Assembly: GCA_020028455.1 (NCBI GenBank)
Contig: JAHZOA010000001.1
Coordinates: 1-59,208 of the forward strand
Source of the DNA: Armatimonadota bacterium
GTDB taxonomy: Bacteria; Sysuimicrobiota; Sysuimicrobiia; Sysuimicrobiales; Kaftiobacteriaceae
Length of the DNA stretch: 59,208 nucleotides
Direction: 5' to 3'
This document shows positions 55,458-59,208 of this stretch, one piece after another. Numbering within the stretch: the first letter of the stretch is position 1; each line of letters begins with the position of its first letter. A program made the position numbers and the translations under genes. The notes under the pieces were generated by a model. That model worked only from the letters and a program-made list of their open reading frames with translations. It made no database searches and had not been told where the DNA came from.

Positions 55458-55634
55458 CTCAACCTCCTTGAGAAAATGAAGCGAGCGCCCTTCGACTCTC
55501 TCCGCTCGCTCAGGGCATTCGACTCGGTGCGGCCGCAGGCCATGAGCGAACCAGCAAAGCTGGCGAGTCGAATGGCAGGTGAGTTTCGGCAGGCACAGAA
55601 CGCTACCCTCCGGACATCCCCGAGGGTACCGAAA

Positions 55635-56750
55635 ATGCCCAAAGTTACTGTCTTTGCAGGCACGACAAACGGCCTCTATGCCTTTGAAAGCGACGCCCGC
55701 CGCACCAAGTGGAAGAGACGCGGCCCGTACCTGAAGGGCACCTCCGTCAACCATTTCGCGTACGAGCCGAAGTCAAAGACGCTCTACGCTGCCACGCTCG
55801 ATCAAGGAGTGATGACGAGCAAGACACTGGGACGATCCTGGACCTCATTGAACGACGGGCTGCCAATCCGCAAAGTATGGTCGGTGGCGGTGAATCCCAA
55901 GGACTCCAACCAACTGTGGACCGGAACCCACTTCAGCTATCTCTTCCGGAGTAACGACCGAGGCCGGACGTGGTCACTCGCAGAGGGCTATCTTCAGGCG
56001 CCAGGCAAGGAACAGCGGTGGGGAGACTGGGCGATGGGGACCATCGGAAACTCTTTGCACGGGATCCATTTCGATCCCGCCGATCCGAAACGCATGATCG
56101 TGGTCAGCAGCACCAACCACGGCGTTGTGAGAACCGCAGACGGTGGCGAGACATGGGAATACGCGCGGAACGGCGTGTTCGAGTCCTGCCCGGCGGCAGC
56201 GCAGTCCTCACTGGAGAAGCCACCGGACGAGCAGGCGCAGACCGTCAAAGAGCATCTCGACTCGGTGCATGCGTGCACGCACCGCGTGGGCGTCGTGCAG
56301 TCCTCACCGAACGTCGTCTACCGGCAGATGCACTGCGGTGTGTATCGCAGCGACGATTTTGGCTCGACGTGGCGGGACATCTCTGCCGGCTTACCCGAAC
56401 GGCACGGCTTTCCCCTCGCCGTGCATCCCAGGGACGCGCAGACAGCGTTCGTCGTGCCAGCGTATCAAGGGAAGTGTGACAAGCACAACAGCTGCATCAT
56501 TGGTGCGCTCGACGTGTACCGCACAAGAAGCGGAGGCCGATCCTGGGAGAAACTCAGTGACGGTCTCCCCCGGGATGTCCACTGCGTCGTCCTGCGACAC
56601 GGGATGGATATCGATCGGTTGCAGACGCCGGGCGTTTACTTCGGTACCACGACCGGAGATGTGTTCGCGAGTCCTGATAGCGGCGATCGCTGGATGAGGC
56701 TGGCCACGAAATTGCCGCGCGTCCAGGGGATTACTGCGGTTACCGTGTAA
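55635..56750 (+). CDS. BNR/Asp-box repeat beta-propeller protein (sialidase/glycosyl-hydrolase-like)
   Basis: Start trimmed to ATG 55635. Repeated SxDxGxTW boxes: SNDRGRTWS, TADGGETWE, SDDFGSTWR, TRSGGRSWE, SPDSGDRWM. Confidence 0.75.
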   Translation: MPKVTVFAGTTNGLYAFESDARRTKWKRRGPYLKGTSVNHFAYEPKSKTLYAATLDQGVMTSKTLGRSWTSLNDGLPIRKVWSVAVNPKDSNQLWTGTHFSYLFRSNDRGRTWSLAEGYLQAPGKEQRWGDWAMGTIGNSLHGIHFDPADPKRMIVVSSTNHGVVRTADGGETWEYARNGVFESCPAAAQSSLEKPPDEQAQTVKEHLDSVHACTHRVGVVQSSPNVVYRQMHCGVYRSDDFGSTWRDISAGLPERHGFPLAVHPRDAQTAFVVPAYQGKCDKHNSCIIGALDVYRTRSGGRSWEKLSDGLPRDVHCVVLRHGMDIDRLQTPGVYFGTTTGDVFASPDSGDRWMRLATKLPRVQGITAVTV

Positions 56751-57270
56751 CAGCGGCTGCGGTCACCGGCACGCGCTCCCACACCTCGAACGAGTAGTCG
56801 TAGTCATTCTCGGCATCCCGTGCGTGCTGCTCCTGTGAGAGGAGCGTCCACGCCGTGAAGTCGACGCTGGGAAAGATCGCATCTCCAGTGACGGTCGCAT
56901 ACACGCGGGTGAGGTAGATGTGATCTGCGAACTCGAGCGCGGAGCGATAGATCTCCGCGCCGCCAATAATGAACACTTCTTCCTCGCCATTGACGCGGGC
57001 GAGGGCCTCCGGCAGGGTCTGGACAACCTCGCAATCAGCCCCGACGAAGTCAGGATTCCGTGACAGCACGATCGTCCGTCGGCCAGGAAGCGGCCTTCCC
57101 AGACGCCACACGATCGCTTCATGAGTCTTCCGACCGACGATGACCGTATGTCCGGTCGTCAATCGCTTAAATCTCTTGAGATCGGTTGCCAGGTGCCACG
57201 GGAGATCGCCGTTCCTCCCGATCACGTTGTCCTCGGACATGGCGGCGATAATTGAGATTGTCGGCGACAT
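56740..57270 (-). CDS. folA: Dihydrofolate reductase
   Basis: 176 aa with ISIIAAMSEDNVIGRNGDLPWHL and VIVGRKT motifs. Confidence 0.9.
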   Translation of the reverse strand: MSPTISIIAAMSEDNVIGRNGDLPWHLATDLKRFKRLTTGHTVIVGRKTHEAIVWRLGRPLPGRRTIVLSRNPDFVGADCEVVQTLPEALARVNGEEEVFIIGGAEIYRSALEFADHIYLTRVYATVTGDAIFPSVDFTAWTLLSQEQHARDAENDYDYSFEVWERVPVTAAAVTR

Positions 57271-57283
57271 GAGTCCTCGCTCC

Positions 57284-58201
57284 CTACACCGGTGTCGGAA
57301 TCCTTCTTCGAGGCAGCCGCGGGTAGTATTCCGTCACGGCAAAATGCTGGTAGCGGAACGCGAAGATGTCTGTGATGTCTGGGTCGAGCGTTACCGTTGG
57401 GAATCGCTGGGGCTCGGTCGCCAGTATCGCCTGCACGTCTTCGATCTGATTCAGATAGATGTGCGCGTCGTCAATCCAGTAGACGAGCTCTTTCGGCCGG
57501 TATCCGGTCACCTGCCCGATCATCAACGCCAATGCTGCATAGTGAATGAAGTTGAATGCGAGCCCCACGGGAACGTCGGCGCTGCGTTGCCTATGGGTAA
57601 GGGTCAGTTCGCCTGTAGCCGTATTCACGTGGACGTGCACCCAACCATGGCAGGGTGGAACGACGACACGGCGGCGGGCGCCGTTGGGGGCCAGCACGAA
57701 GTTCGGAATCCAGGGCGAGAGCTCGTGATGGCGGGCGGAAGGTCGCGTCCTGATCTGGTCGATCAATTGCCTGACTTGATCAAACGGGACGCCCCCGGCC
57801 GTTGGATACCGGCGGAACGCGGCGCCATATGATCCTGGTCCCAGGTCTCCGGCAGCGAGACCGAACTTCTCACAGTGCTCAGCGGTCACCCACCGGTCCC
57901 ACCAAAAGCAACCGAACTCCTCGAGTTCCCGCTGCGTTTGAGCGCCGTTGAGAAAGGCGCAGATTTCGCCGATCGCCTGATGAAATGGTGAGGGGCGTCT
58001 TCCGTTCTGCGGCCCACTCAGAACATCGCGCTCGGTGATGACGGGAAAGCCGTTGGCGAAGGGAAACCGCATGGCATGGCCGATAATTTTCAGCGCCGGC
58101 ACGCCGTGCTCGGTCGGGACTTCCTCACCGGCCGAAAGGATCCGCAAGAGCAGATCCCGGTACTGGCTGTCGGGGATGCGCTGTTCAAAAGGGCGGTACA
58201 T
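57284..58201 (-). CDS. thyA: Thymidylate synthase (ThyA type)
   Basis: Start trimmed to ATG 58201. PPCHGWVHVHV (catalytic Cys) and RSADVPVGLAFNFIHYAAL motifs. Directly upstream of folA. Confidence 0.9.
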   Translation of the reverse strand: MYRPFEQRIPDSQYRDLLLRILSAGEEVPTEHGVPALKIIGHAMRFPFANGFPVITERDVLSGPQNGRRPSPFHQAIGEICAFLNGAQTQRELEEFGCFWWDRWVTAEHCEKFGLAAGDLGPGSYGAAFRRYPTAGGVPFDQVRQLIDQIRTRPSARHHELSPWIPNFVLAPNGARRRVVVPPCHGWVHVHVNTATGELTLTHRQRSADVPVGLAFNFIHYAALALMIGQVTGYRPKELVYWIDDAHIYLNQIEDVQAILATEPQRFPTVTLDPDITDIFAFRYQHFAVTEYYPRLPRRRIPTPV

Positions 58202-58464
58202 GAGAAATGACCACAGGGAGGAGGTGCGGGCGAAGGAGGAATGGTGTCCGTTCCGTGTTTTGCATCGTGGGGAGCCTGTCGTGGAGGCGTCCAAGAGCAG
58301 ACTCGTAGGCTCCTCCCCCCTGCAGGTCTTGGGCTATATTCAGGGCCAGAGCTCAAACTCCTGCCCGGCAACAACAAGATGTTGTGGATAAGCTGTGATT
58401 ATCTACCAGGGCCTGGGGGCGAGCGGGTGTTCGCCCGAGGGTTGCCGTTGGTCCCTGTCAAAAA

Positions 58465-59049
58465 TTGAATGTCGTGGAAGACTTCGCAGACGTCGTTCGG
58501 CGCCGCCTTGCAGGACGAAAGCGACGGGAGGCGCCGGACTCACCAGGGCGACGGGCGGCGGTGCTGGTCCCCCTCTACAACACAGAAGAGGGCCCCTACG
58601 TACTCTTCACAAAGCGGACGGACGCCGTCGAGCATCACAAGGGACAGATCTCATTTCCGGGAGGGGCGGCCGATCCGGACGATCCGGATGCGTTGTCCAC
58701 CGCGCTCAGGGAAATCCACGAGGAGCTGGGAATTGCCCCACACGACGTGAAGGTGCTCGGCGCGCTCGATGATGTGCCGACGGTGGTCAGCGGCTTCGTC
58801 ATTACACCGTTCGTTGGCGTGATCCCGCATCCGTATCCGCTGCGAATCAATCCCGTGGAAATCGCAGAAGTGTTGTTCGTGCCGCTGAGTTTGTTCAGGG
58901 ACGCGAAAAATATGCGAGTCGAGGAGCGCGCCCGGGATGGCGAACGGGTCAACGTCTACTTCTACTATCACGGACCGCACGAGATCTGGGGCGCCACGGC
59001 CCGCATCATGAAAGGCTTTATTGACGCCGTCTTTGGAGACGGCGCGTGA
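58465..59049 (+). CDS. NUDIX hydrolase (CoA pyrophosphatase-like)
   Basis: 194 aa with RAAVLVPL...ISFPGGAADPDD...ALREIHEELGI Nudix box. Start codon uncertain. Confidence 0.8.
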   Translation: MNVVEDFADVVRRRLAGRKRREAPDSPGRRAAVLVPLYNTEEGPYVLFTKRTDAVEHHKGQISFPGGAADPDDPDALSTALREIHEELGIAPHDVKVLGALDDVPTVVSGFVITPFVGVIPHPYPLRINPVEIAEVLFVPLSLFRDAKNMRVEERARDGERVNVYFYYHGPHEIWGATARIMKGFIDAVFGDGA

Positions 59050-59208
59050 TCGCCGTCATTTCTGATATCCACGGCAACCTCCGAGCGCTCGAGGCCGTGC
59101 TTGCTGAAATCGATCGCCTCTCCCCTTCGCAGGTTGTTGTGGGTGGCGATCTGGCACTCGGCGGTCCCAAGCCGGCAGAGTGCATAGAACTGATCCGCAG
59201 GCGAGGAT
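59046..59208 (+). CDS. Metallophosphoesterase (partial, runs off the window end)
   Basis: GTG overlapping the previous stop. VIAVISDIHGNLRALEAVL...VVGGDL motifs. Confidence 0.7.
   Translation, partial: MIAVISDIHGNLRALEAVLAEIDRLSPSQVVVGGDLALGGPKPAECIELIRRRG

Noticed and set aside
58383-58391. A perfect DnaA box (TGTGGATAA) with a degenerate second box nearby, as a possible replication origin.
   Set aside because: It is a single consensus box in a thyA / NUDIX divergent intergenic region. There is no box cluster, AT-rich unwinding element, or dnaA/dnaN context.

Overview
High-GC bacterial chromosomal segment, densely coding: about 62 protein genes and 2 tRNAs. I saw no rRNA, CRISPR array, transposase or integrase. 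All product calls come from reading motifs in the supplied translations; no searches were run.

Gene content in order:
- Tail of a probable molybdoenzyme gene, then a CoxD/E/F-like maturation set (MoxR ATPase, VWA protein, XdhC, MocA-type nucleotidyltransferase).
- A secreted SLH/SPOR/phosphodiester-glycosidase protein.
- A translationally coupled pair: HEAT-repeat protein and HD-GYP phosphodiesterase.
- A RibD-C-like reductase.
- A frameshifted DUF222/HNH endonuclease gene bracketed by copies of a palindrome, next to a promoter-driven tRNA-Asp/tRNA-Phe pair.
- A STAND-ATPase/TPR/LuxR regulator and a secreted S1 peptidase.
- msrB, flanked by two copies of a 70-nt hairpin repeat.
- A long minus-strand IclR-headed catabolic operon: CUT1-type ABC importer without ATPase, aldehyde dehydrogenase, creatininase-fold amidase, class III aminotransferase, MlrC/M81 peptidase.
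- An AttEFGH-like ABC system.
- A small general-stress-like cluster: DUF6496-like protein, O-methyltransferase, an untracked 39-aa basic ORF, DUF948-like protein, YtxH.
- NUDIX hydrolase, then arsR-arsN-arsM.
- TolB-like protein, fpg, cupin, BtuF-like binding protein.
- A DEAD-box helicase and a glycine-rich RRM protein.
- A degenerate LAGLIDADG-like ORF, then sarcosine/N-methyltryptophan oxidase.
- A Ski2-like helicase and a Zn-ribbon ImmA/IrrE-like protein.
- An orphan promoter-structured RNA-terminator unit in front of a tandem-GNAT/C45/TauE operon.
- Housekeeping and transport genes: Gfo/Idh/MocA oxidoreductase, ExoD, DinB-like protein, NitT/TauT ABC transporter, tag, FAH, BNR protein, thyA-folA, CoA pyrophosphatase, partial metallophosphoesterase.

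Most of the window is ordinary. The items most worth a second look are:
- the unassigned about 180-nt structured RNA/leader at 45.43-45.65 kb;
- the two families of short structured repeats at 16.07-16.97 kb and 26.2 kb, one of which supplies the C-terminus and stop codon of a gene;
- the palindrome-bracketed HNH pseudogene beside the tRNAs.
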